The notes below the pieces were generated by a model. It did no database searches and was not told the origin of the DNA. It saw only the letters and a list, made by a program, of their open reading frames with translations. The translations under genes and the position numbers were made by a program. This document shows positions 1 to 8,881 of a stretch of 64,000 nt of DNA, in pieces (position 1 is the stretch's first letter; every line of letters starts with the position of its first letter). The DNA is from an uncultured delta proteobacterium. GTDB taxonomy: Bacteria > Desulfobacterota > Desulfomonilia > Desulfomonilales > Desulfomonilaceae. The DNA is taken from positions 416,001-480,000 of the forward strand of contig CAWBKB010000005.1 in the NCBI GenBank assembly GCA_963789265.1. The letters are read 5' to 3'.

Positions 1-487
1 CAATGAAGAGGAGTAAGACAAATGGGAATTTTCATGGACTGCATCGTGGTCACGCTGGAGGCGATGCGGTGGCTCTACGTTATCCTGGAGCTGCTAATTC
101 GGTGCATGCTTGGCGTAGGGTGATAGGCGTGCCCAAGCGGGGGCGCTCTATATCTTAGGCACAAACAGAATACATCGAGAAAGGAGCACCTAAATGGCGC
201 TTCCATAAGCCAACATGTCCTCGCCATCCTTACTCGAACACGGCTTGGCAGTACTTATAAGTGGAGGAAAGAGTATGGCCGTATCAAGGTATCGCCCACC
301 CACTCCTGAGGCCATATTTACAACCTGGATCGCCGGCACTACACCCGGAAATCCTTTCCCTCTACCAGGAGATCAAGGCACTATACCTCTACCTTAACAA
401 GTGGCACATAATCTGGTGGCTGTTCAGGACAACAGGAAGAAGCTGGACAAGACATTCATGCGCATAGTCCCTGGCCTTAACCGCAGA

Positions 488-1264
488 TTAAGGGAATGGG
501 ATTTCTTCAGAATCATATCGTTCTTTAATCTTCTCGTTCAATTGGACCTTGGCTTTCAAATAATCCTCAGATTTTACCCACATTCTGATTTCAATCTTTA
601 TCCCCTTGTCCCCAAGCTCCTTTATAGTGATGGTTGGCGGCGGGTCCTTCAGGATCAGATCCTCTCCCTCAACGATTTTTTGCAGAGCATCTCTGATGGC
701 CTTGAGATCAGCCTTATAGGTCACTCCGATTACTATTCTCAGTCGGCGGGTATCCCGACGGGAGTAGTTGATGACCTTGTCCGCTGTCAGCTTCGAATTG
801 GGTATGATTACGGTAACGTTTTCTGGTGTGAGAACCTCGGTGGACATCAATTCGATCTTCTCGACTGTGCCCGCGGAGCCCCCACCGTCAATGTAATCTC
901 CCACCCTGAATGGTCGGAAAATGATGATAAGCAGACCTGATGCAACGTTTGACATTTGTTGTCTCAGAGCAAACCCAATGGCAAGACCGGCAGCTCCAAG
1001 CATCGCCACTAGGGAGGTAGTTTCAACTCCCAATCTGTGGAGCGCTGCAATGAGAATCACACCATACAGGAGAACCTGAAGGCTGCTGTCCGAAAAATAG
1101 ATAACCGTAGGGTCAAGTTTTCGAGTTGTGAGTGCCCGCATTAGAGTCTTCCTGATCAATTTTGCTAGCCAGAAGCCTACGAGGATGATGATTAGGGCTC
1201 CAACTAAACGCCAAGCGTAGTTGCCCAATGTTTTTAGCACTTGTGCCACAATGGCTTCCCACAT
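488..1264 (-). CDS. mscS: Small-conductance mechanosensitive channel
   Basis: 258 aa, three TM segments, GAAGLAIGFAL...SNVASG...RPFRVGD motifs, IIPNSKL. Confidence 0.9.
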   Translation of the reverse strand: MWEAIVAQVLKTLGNYAWRLVGALIIILVGFWLAKLIRKTLMRALTTRKLDPTVIYFSDSSLQVLLYGVILIAALHRLGVETTSLVAMLGAAGLAIGFALRQQMSNVASGLLIIIFRPFRVGDYIDGGGSAGTVEKIELMSTEVLTPENVTVIIPNSKLTADKVINYSRRDTRRLRIVIGVTYKADLKAIRDALQKIVEGEDLILKDPPPTITIKELGDKGIKIEIRMWVKSEDYLKAKVQLNEKIKERYDSEEIPFP

Positions 1265-1791
1265 AACTCACTCCGCTGACCAGCATTACGCCTTCCACAT
1301 GGGGCTCGAAACCCCTGGGATCGGGAGACCTGGAGCTTACCTGGTCCCACCCCCTCAGTCAATCGCAATCTCACGTGAGATGGTCATGACTGCAGGCACC
1401 GAATTTTGACAATTTCGCGCAATCAGAACGCGGTAGACGCGCGGACGGAATTTTTGAATACGTCAGCATACCCCGAATCAGATGATCGCGGAGAATCGTT
1501 CTCCGGTGCCTTATGAGCGATATCTTGTTTTGCTCGTTATCGAGGCTGTTCAGCAAAAATTAGTTTGACCGTGGCCTGAGCAGTAGGCTATGTTTAGACG
1601 TCAATATAAGATCCTTTTTCAGCAAAGTGACGGCGGTTTTACCTCTGTCGGGACTAGTGGGAGGAAATACGGCAACCTCTTCAGGCTTCCGGGTACCATC
1701 CCTCGCTCCGTTATCGTCCCGAAGACCTCAAAATGGCAAGATAGCCGCATAATTTCGGCTGACATCACACCTAAGAAACGGGAGACCCGAC

Positions 1792-2235
1792 ATGACAAGG
1801 AAAGAAGCCACCGAAAAAATCCGAGCAGCCAAGAAGGAAAAGGGATTGACCTGGGAGCAAATTGCCGAAAAGGTCGGTAGCCATACGGTCTGGGTGACCT
1901 CAGCCTTGCTCGGCCAAAACAGCATGCCCCCGGAGCTGGCTGAAAAGTCAGCAGCGGTTCTGGGCCTGGATAAGTCAGTGGCCGAGGTGCTCCAGGAGTG
2001 TCCGATGAAGGGGTCTCTTGACGCTACGGTTCCCGTTGATCCTCTCGTGTATCGCTTTCACGAGATCACCCAGGTGTATGGGACGACCATGAAGGAGATT
2101 ATTCACGAGATGTTCGGTGACGGCATCATGAGTGCCATTGATTTCGAGATCGATATTCAGAAAAAGACAGATCCAAAGGGCGACCGGGTTGTCGTCACTT
2201 ACAACGGAAAGTTCCTGTCGTACCGCAAATGGTAG
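1792..2235 (+). CDS. cynS: Cyanate hydratase (cyanase)
   Basis: 147 aa with DPLVYRFHE, IHEMFGDGIMSAIDF and C-terminal GKFLSY motifs. Confidence 0.95.
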   Translation: MTRKEATEKIRAAKKEKGLTWEQIAEKVGSHTVWVTSALLGQNSMPPELAEKSAAVLGLDKSVAEVLQECPMKGSLDATVPVDPLVYRFHEITQVYGTTMKEIIHEMFGDGIMSAIDFEIDIQKKTDPKGDRVVVTYNGKFLSYRKW

Positions 2236-2472
2236 ACGCGTGCCATGCGACGCTAAACAATTTACAACGAGCCTTGTTCCTATCGGTAACGGGGAGTTTC
2301 CTGCAAGTAAACTGCCCTACATTGTATGAGCCGGAATGCCCAGAAATGGAGCTTTCCGGTGTCACTCTGGCTTGCGGAAGCCGTTGAAGTTCAACATTGG
2401 GCGTCATGACCGCCTGATTACTCAGTGTGCTCCCGGACTGACGCCCTGCATTTCCTCTAAGGAGTGGCTCAC

Positions 2473-2772
2473 ATGAGTGCTTTCGTTATCTCCGAGGTCG
2501 AAATCATCAACGAGGATGCTGCAAACCAATATCGTCAGCTTGCAGCGGCTTCCATTGCAACCTACGGTGGCCGTTATCTTGCGCGAGCAGCAGAGGCTAT
2601 AGTAGTCGAGGGCGAGCCAATCCCACGCCGAGTCGTTATCGTAGAATTTTCCTCAATGGAGCAAATTCGCAAGTGGTACGAGTCTCCCGAATACGCGGAA
2701 GCGCTGAAGTTTCGCGACGCAGCCCTGGAAAGGCGACTTATGTTTGTGGAAGGAGCGAGTCCACAAGCCTGA
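2473..2772 (+). CDS. DUF1330 family protein
   Basis: YGGRYLAR...VVEG...RVVIVEF...WYESPEY motif pattern; GGAG RBS upstream of the ATG at 2473. Confidence 0.85.
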   Translation: MSAFVISEVEIINEDAANQYRQLAAASIATYGGRYLARAAEAIVVEGEPIPRRVVIVEFSSMEQIRKWYESPEYAEALKFRDAALERRLMFVEGASPQA

Positions 2773-3335
2773 TTCGCGAATGCAATCCACGGCTCGTTTC
2801 GCGTCAGAACGGATTGGTGCTTGTGCAAATGCCGTCGCGCCCTGCCTATGTTGAAAACGCTCGGACGGACATCAACATTTTGCGACCCTGGTCTTCAGGT
2901 ATACGACCGGCGGGCAGAAGCTATAAAGAATCCGACGACGAGGTTAGATTGCATCGTCGGTCAGCGGCAGAGAAGACTACAACACATTGAATGTTCCACA
3001 TAATTCACGCCAAATGGGCCGAGGGATTTGGCATCTCCCGACAACCCCGCCGACTCTCGCCGGAGACGCTACCTCTCACGACTCCCTTTCGGGAGGTTCA
3101 GGCTCGCGGAGACACCTTCTTTTTCACAAGGCTGTCGGGGATACCTCAGAGAGGCAATGCACCGTTTAGGGTGTCCCAGCTCAGGGTGGTTACTGAGTCA
3201 CGTTTGCGCTCACCGTTGCCGGTTGCCTGAACTTGAGGGTTCCGTGATGGCTGTCCTGGGCAGAATCGCCTCCCTTATAGAGCGCTATTCCTTGAACTCT
3301 ATCTCTATTGTCGGGAGCCGTTTGACGCATCCGGC

Positions 3336-3542
3336 TCATTCTTCACCTCTTGCGACTGCTTCTGGAAACCCACAATCAAACAAGCGGAACTCCCTCTTTT
3401 CCATCGGAGTCCCTTGTTGCTTTCCCCGGCAAAAGGTTCCTGCTACTAGCCAACAGTCTCGCCCGTGGTCTGGATATGCCGGACACTTGGCTTTGGTTTC
3501 TGGGGGACAGTTCTTTGCCTCCCAATAATTTTTACCGCTCAT
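3336..3542 (-). CDS. Small Cys-rich two-CW-domain-like protein, partly degenerate
   Basis: NYWEAKNC...CPAY...DCWLVAGTFCRGKQQG pattern; GGAG RBS upstream. Confidence 0.65.
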   Translation of the reverse strand: MSGKNYWEAKNCPPETKAKCPAYPDHGRDCWLVAGTFCRGKQQGTPMEKREFRLFDCGFPEAVARGEE

Positions 3543-4174
3543 TCCAACTCCCTCCCTAAAATGGCATCGTTGTCGATAAGTTTGCTCTGGAACATGAAGA
3601 ATGTCAATTATCATTTTTGTAAGGAATGCCCTCCGAATTGGTGGAAGGCTCTTGTCGCCAACCCCATCAACCTTAAGCAGCCGCAGCGCAGTCTATGCAA
3701 AGACTTTCAGGGCCACAAAAAAATGACCAGGGTGTTCGGGAATAAATTCCGAAAGGGATTGTGGAGTCAGCGCAAATAGAGACGCAGAATAAGCCTTGCG
3801 AAAGAAAACGGACAAAACTCATGGGGATCTTTTTTGGGGAATATCTGCCGGGAGGATGAGCAGAATGGGTATCTTCTTCTCTGCCGAGAATCCTTCGCTC
3901 ATTCCTGGTAAAGACACGATCTCTCTCTAATCCGATCCAGGACGGCGGTTGCCATCGGAGACGAGCCTGAGACAATTTGCGCGTTCTCTTTCCCTCCCCT
4001 TACTTGAGTCCCATTTGTTCTTGAATCTGGCTTGGGCGGCAGTTTCAAGCCCCCGGACAATCTGATCTTTGTGGGGAAAGAATATTGCTACGGAATCCCT
4101 TGAATCATCATCAAGGTAAATGATCAGTTTCGTCAACTGACCCGCACCCACCTGGCAACCGGCGAGCATGAGAT

Positions 4175-4423
4175 TTACTCCATTTGTGAACTCAACTCGG
4201 CTAAAGTGTATCCCACCCGCACAACAGCCCCCACCGGAACGATTTGGGTTAAGAAGCCCTCGCCGTCGGAGACCACGTCGTAAGCGGCCTTTCGCGTTTC
4301 AACAACGCACAGTTGATCGCCGAGAGAGACCCACTCGCCTGAGTTCTTGTACCACTTGCGGACTATAGCCGGAAGATCCCTTGTCGAAAACATCGGCATC
4401 TTCACAAGGTGACGTTTGCTCAT
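4175..4423 (-). CDS. Stand-alone lipoyl/biotinyl attachment domain protein
   Basis: 82 aa: VKMP...KWYK..GEWV..GDQLCVVETRKA...GFL..I..VGAVVRVG. Confidence 0.75.
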   Translation of the reverse strand: MSKRHLVKMPMFSTRDLPAIVRKWYKNSGEWVSLGDQLCVVETRKAAYDVVSDGEGFLTQIVPVGAVVRVGYTLAELSSQME

Positions 4424-4957
4424 GGATTTCTCTCCCAGAGAGAAGGTGTTTGTCTCTTACTCTGGTCGAACGTCGATACTTCAAAAAGGCTCTTTTCGAG
4501 AACTATTTGATGGAGCCTGAGGTGTACCGTTCCTTAATGTAATCCAAATGGACCCACCTCGTCTTGGCTTAAGCGTCCAATTCGGCGGAGTTGACCCTCC
4601 GCCAGAGTGTCACACGTGAACGCGGCATCTAGCAATTGTCGTGCCAAAAACTTTATTAACCGAGTAGGAATTTGGATAACGGCGGACAGGCATGTCGTTA
4701 GATGCTCTACGGGAAGGAGATGGACTCTCGGGCCTGTTGAGATCGTCCCTCGAAACGAGAAACAGTATCGCATCAGATTCAAACCGAATTGACGGAACCT
4801 TTGTTCAAAACCAGGGGATTTTCGTGATTCATGGATAGTGAGACCGTTGGGGTATTGTTCCCCACCCGTTGAAACAGTTCGGTGTGATGCCCCGCCACTC
4901 ACCCCCCTATAGCCCGATTTCCCCGTCCGTGCGGTAGCATGCCGGGGCCGCGACCCC

Positions 4958-5659
4958 GACATCATCGTGAATGCTCGTCGCATCAACAGCGGCTTGATGC
5001 CTCGACTTCAGCCCAATGCCGAGGGAAGGAACGATTTCTATTTCATCGAGAAGACGGAGCCGGAAGTAGCGCTCCGAATAATTTTGGATTTCGTCGGCAG
5101 TAGAATCAGAAACGCGTTCGGATTCGATCCGATTGACGAGGTTCATATCCTGACTCCGATGAATCGGGGCTTGGTTGGAACAACCAACCTCAATGTCGAG
5201 CTTCAGAAGGCTCTCAATCCGAGAGAGGACGGGGTAACGAGGGGCGGCAGGAACTTCCGGTTCGATGACAAGGTGATGCAGATCAGGAACAACTATGACA
5301 AAGAGGTCTTCAACGGGGATATTGGGCGAATTATTCGGATTGAGACGGAAATGCAGGAGCTGACGATCACGTTCGATGGGCGATCCGTGGTCTACGATTA
5401 CTCAGACCTGGACGAGTTGGTCCTCGCCTACGCTGTCTCAGTCCACAAGGCGCAGGGCTCCGAATACCCTTGCGTGGTGATTCCCCTCCTGACTCAGCAC
5501 TATATCCTGCTGCAACGGAACCTGTTATACACTGCCATCACGAGAGGAAAGAGACTGGTCATCGTGGTGGGGAGCAAGAAGGCTTTGGCTATTGCGGTCA
5601 AGAATGACAAGACCCAGAAGAGGTTCACGTGGCTGAGGAATCGGCTACGCCCCTTGTAA
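4958..5659 (+). pseudogene. recD2: C-terminal fragment of a RecD2-like SF1 helicase
   Basis: IIVNARRIN, DKVMQIRNNYDKEVFNGDIG, LAYAVSVHKAQGSEY, RNLLYTAITRGK. No N-terminal or Walker A region recognisable upstream. Confidence 0.8.
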
Positions 5660-5943
5660 TAGTCCTTGTCCAATCAAAGGATTTATTGAACTCTGAGAGG
5701 CGCATTGTACGAATCGGTCGGCAAATTATCAGCCAGAAAGTTCCTTCGGCACGGGCTACAAGAAGGGTCTCATGATCAAGCTCACACGATCTTGGGCTGG
5801 GCACCAACTGGCTTTCATAGAATACCTTGTGGTATTCTCTCGGACCGTCGGCGCGGTAAGGTCGGAAAGGTTGATAGCCTTTCTCCCGATCACGTGCAAA
5901 GGGTCGAAAAGTTTCCGCGGACGGCCAGAAAATGGCGGCAAGA

Positions 5944-7215
5944 ATGGCTATATCCAAAGTTGACTATCTCAACGATAAGCTCGCTAAGATTTTCAAGATG
6001 GGGTGCGAGTCGGACGGAAGCTTTGCGAATCGTCGTGTAATTATTGGTTCTGGAAAACTCGCCTTTTTACTCTGTGATCAAACCATTGATGCCTATGAAG
6101 ATGTTGTGAAGACTCTGTTGGCGGACGAAGACTGGAGTTCTCGTTTTTCAGAGAAGTTCATCGAGGAAGGCTTGAACCGAATTCTGTTGACGATGACCGA
6201 AGAAATGACCTCAGCCAATCTCAAAATACATGTGACTCATCTCATTGAAGATTTGCAAAGTTACTCAAAAGAGCACGTTGTCTATATTCCCCTGACGGGG
6301 GTACAAATTGAGGGCGAACCAGTCCGCATTGGAAATGTCACTATCAAGGAAATAACAGATGATGAATTGGTTTCAATATTAGAGAGGTGGGAGAGGCATT
6401 TTCCTGAAGTATCAGGGGGCTCAATTGAGAGACAAAACAATATCAGGAGCACCCAGCGGAACATAGTTGAAGCTTTGCGCGGGACTACCGTTACAGAATT
6501 CCATGTAATTTCTGAACCTATTAGAGCAAGAGAAAGGGCCTTAGAAGAAACTGGGCGAATCCTAGATATTCTGCGCTACTCCATTCCAGCTTTGTACCCA
6601 CCTGATAGTGATGTGAAGATCGGTATAATGGGTGATCTGTTTAAAGGGCCTGTAACGCAGCTAGTTCTTGCAACTGATTCCACCGGCCTGAACAAAAACC
6701 AGGAATGGGTGGGTCCGTTACAACCTCTGCGCCTGACACCAGAAAACCGTGAACACATGCTTTCTATGGGAGTTTTTCGCTTAAGTGGCATATTGCAGAA
6801 GCGGTATAGTGATGTGAATGATTTTGAGCGAGCCTTACTTCGTGGGTTACACTGGTATGCAAATGCTCAAACCCGAAATGATCCTGCAGACCGATTACGT
6901 GATTTGGTTACGTGCTTGGAAGTATACCTTACTCCGAAAGATGGAAATCCGATAGGCACGGCAGTTGCTGAGGCAGCGGCAATAATTGTCGCGAGTGATC
7001 TTCAAGACCGAAAACGCATCAAGAAAAAAATAAAGGAATTATACAGCTCAAGAAGCGCAGTGTCGCATGGTGGCCGAACATCGGTTTTGAATCAGGACGT
7101 GCATGATCTTGGGCAAATTGCCGGGCAGCTTACAATGATTCTTATCAACAGATCACATGAGTTCACGACTAGGAAAGACTTACTTGAATGGGTTGAGAAC
7201 CAGAAGCTCGGCTGA
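5944..7215 (+). CDS. HEPN domain protein (ApeA-like architecture), putative RNase/defence effector
   Basis: C-terminal ALLRGLHWY...LVTCLEVYL...KELYSSRSAVSHG with R-x4-H at 7051-7068; visibly more AT-rich than core genes. Confidence 0.75.
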   Translation: MAISKVDYLNDKLAKIFKMGCESDGSFANRRVIIGSGKLAFLLCDQTIDAYEDVVKTLLADEDWSSRFSEKFIEEGLNRILLTMTEEMTSANLKIHVTHLIEDLQSYSKEHVVYIPLTGVQIEGEPVRIGNVTIKEITDDELVSILERWERHFPEVSGGSIERQNNIRSTQRNIVEALRGTTVTEFHVISEPIRARERALEETGRILDILRYSIPALYPPDSDVKIGIMGDLFKGPVTQLVLATDSTGLNKNQEWVGPLQPLRLTPENREHMLSMGVFRLSGILQKRYSDVNDFERALLRGLHWYANAQTRNDPADRLRDLVTCLEVYLTPKDGNPIGTAVAEAAAIIVASDLQDRKRIKKKIKELYSSRSAVSHGGRTSVLNQDVHDLGQIAGQLTMILINRSHEFTTRKDLLEWVENQKLG

Positions 7216-7374
7216 TCGATTTTCGATGATTTCATTCCGAGATGATTCGCTCCGGGGTTCCAGGGAAAACAAGAAGTTTACTAAGCAGTGTTGCCATTCG
7301 GGTTTAGACAAATCATGTAGAGAATCATCGTAAGTTGCAAAACGACATACTCAGTTTTGGAAATGGAGGTTGTC

Positions 7375-8127
7375 ATGAGAGAGAGGGTTTCCATCGAAAA
7401 GATCCCCAAATCAGAAAAATTAACTAATTATCTCAAGAAGGTACGTGATGTCACCGATCACCCAATAGAGGTCGAAAATATTCCCAATGATGAGTCGGTC
7501 GGGCCTCCATTTTCAAGCAGAAAAGAAAACAACACGTTTATAATACAAGTTCATGTAACGGCTTTCCGACCCCAAGAAGAATTTTTTGAACAGGGAGTTG
7601 CCCATGAGGCAACGCACGATAGGCTGTCTGTGGAAGGTTACGAACGGGCAGATTTTCTGAGAGAACCGGAAGAAGTTGAGAGATTTTGCGTGAATTGGCT
7701 ATTCACAATGATTGAGGACATTCCTGTATATGAACGGCTGCACAGTGCTGGTTTCCCCGTGTGTGATTTACCGTCACTTAAAGCAACAGAGAAATTCATG
7801 CAATTACTGCATCAGTATGATCCTGCTGTACCACCTCCAATGTCTCGCAGCTTTCCGCAAGATATTCGGCTGCAAAGAATGATAAGAGTAACTCGGCTTG
7901 TCCTAGGGGCTGAGATGGTCCGATATTCAAGTTCTGGGGATCCGTGCCTTGAGTTGATGACAGAGTATTTGAGCCTGCACGGGGCGAAATTGCCTGAAGA
8001 CGCAAAATGGGCTAAGTGCATAACAGAGATCGTGCGATCTCATGGTGTAGATACTCCTGAAAGGTTTCGGACCACTGTAAACCTAGTAGCCCAAGAATGG
8101 AAATTAGAGGACCTCATTCAGTATTAA
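7375..8127 (+). CDS. Hypothetical protein with a HExxH zinc-metallopeptidase-like motif
   Basis: VAHEATH at ~7597-7617, later MIED; GGAGG RBS before the ATG at 7375. Confidence 0.6.
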   Translation: MRERVSIEKIPKSEKLTNYLKKVRDVTDHPIEVENIPNDESVGPPFSSRKENNTFIIQVHVTAFRPQEEFFEQGVAHEATHDRLSVEGYERADFLREPEEVERFCVNWLFTMIEDIPVYERLHSAGFPVCDLPSLKATEKFMQLLHQYDPAVPPPMSRSFPQDIRLQRMIRVTRLVLGAEMVRYSSSGDPCLELMTEYLSLHGAKLPEDAKWAKCITEIVRSHGVDTPERFRTTVNLVAQEWKLEDLIQY

Positions 8128-8207
8128 CGCCCCAATTGCCTCACATCAATCTTCGGAGCGACCTGAAGTAAAAAGCCTTTTGATACGTTGGAAGCCGCCC
8201 CGGATCC

Positions 8208-8295
8208 GTGGCGTCATTTTGGCGTCGCTTTTGACGCCACCATAGTGCTTGATAGTGATCGATAGTGACTTAAATCTTCAAGGAAATCGTGGCGT
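8208..8295. repeat. Short direct and inverted repeats next to the island end, resembling integrase arm sites
   Basis: GTGGCGTCA (8208-8216) inverted with TGACGCCAC (8232-8240); TGGCGT at 8209, 8220 and 8290; ATAGTG at 8242, 8252 and 8262. Confidence 0.5.
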
Positions 8296-8321
8296 AGCCG
8301 GTTGTAGAGTGTTGAGTGATG

Positions 8322-8362
8322 TGCCGTGTGAAGGCAGTGCTCTCCCCCTGAGCTACCCGCCC
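8322..8362 (-). pseudogene. 5' half of tRNA-Val(CAC); 3' half absent
   Basis: Minus strand reads GGGCGGGTAGCTCAGGGGGAGAGCACTGCC-TTCACAC-GGCA, then unrelated sequence with no T-loop or acceptor 3' strand. Confidence 0.85.
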
Positions 8363-8373
8363 AGTAGTCTCTG

Positions 8374-8403
8374 AAACTACACTTGGATAGCACCTTTTGT
8401 CAA
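8374..8403 (-). promoter_or_regulatory. Putative sigma70 promoter of the tRNA-Val fragment
   Basis: TTGACA (8403-8398), 18 bp spacer, TAGTTT (8379-8374), about 12 bp upstream of the tRNA 5' end. Confidence 0.55.
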
Positions 8404-8515
8404 GACGGAAGATCAGTGTATAAATTATCCTTGCTTAATCAATTCAGTATATGATATTATTAAATAAAATGATGAAGTACCCTTTCTGACTCGAACTTGC
8501 TCCAGGAAGAAACTC

Positions 8516-8881
8516 ATGAGAAAAAGCTGCTTGATCCTCGGTCTCTGTGCTGTGTTTTTGGCTGTATGCCTGTGCGCTTGGGCCGCCCCGCCCATTGGAG
8601 TCAAAGTCATACCGGAAAGCGTTGATTGGCCCCTGGTAAGACCCGCGCCCTATAGGTCTCCCAAAAAAGAGCTCCGCCAAGAAGACATTTACGAGCTGAC
8701 TTTCGGAGTCCGAAGATGGTTGTCCGGCATCGAACCTCCTGACGGGATAAACTTCCAAAATACGCTTTACGAGTCATACAAATGGTTGGATCTCTATGGA
8801 TGTTATGGGGTCCTGGGAAACGGGGAGGACGTATTCACCAGGCAAGGGGCCAGGTTCAGACGGCTCGATCGGGGCCGCTGA
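8516..8881 (+). CDS. Hypothetical secreted protein
   Basis: 121 aa with signal peptide MRKSCLILGLCAVFLAVCLCAWA; AGGA RBS. Confidence 0.55.
   Translation: MRKSCLILGLCAVFLAVCLCAWAAPPIGVKVIPESVDWPLVRPAPYRSPKKELRQEDIYELTFGVRRWLSGIEPPDGINFQNTLYESYKWLDLYGCYGVLGNGEDVFTRQGARFRRLDRGR

Larger units (their letters stand above)
1..8321. mobile_element. Putative integrated genomic island, right part; left end probably outside the window
   Basis: Ends at a truncated tRNA-Val gene with arm-like repeats. Mixed cargo: gene fragments, HEPN protein, cynS. No integrase in the window and the left extent is unknown. Confidence 0.5.

Noticed and set aside
1792..2235. Functional link between cyanase and the rhodanese selenoprotein (cyanide/thiocyanate pathway)
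   Set aside because: They are 36 kb apart in different contexts, and no thiocyanate-degrading gene is seen.
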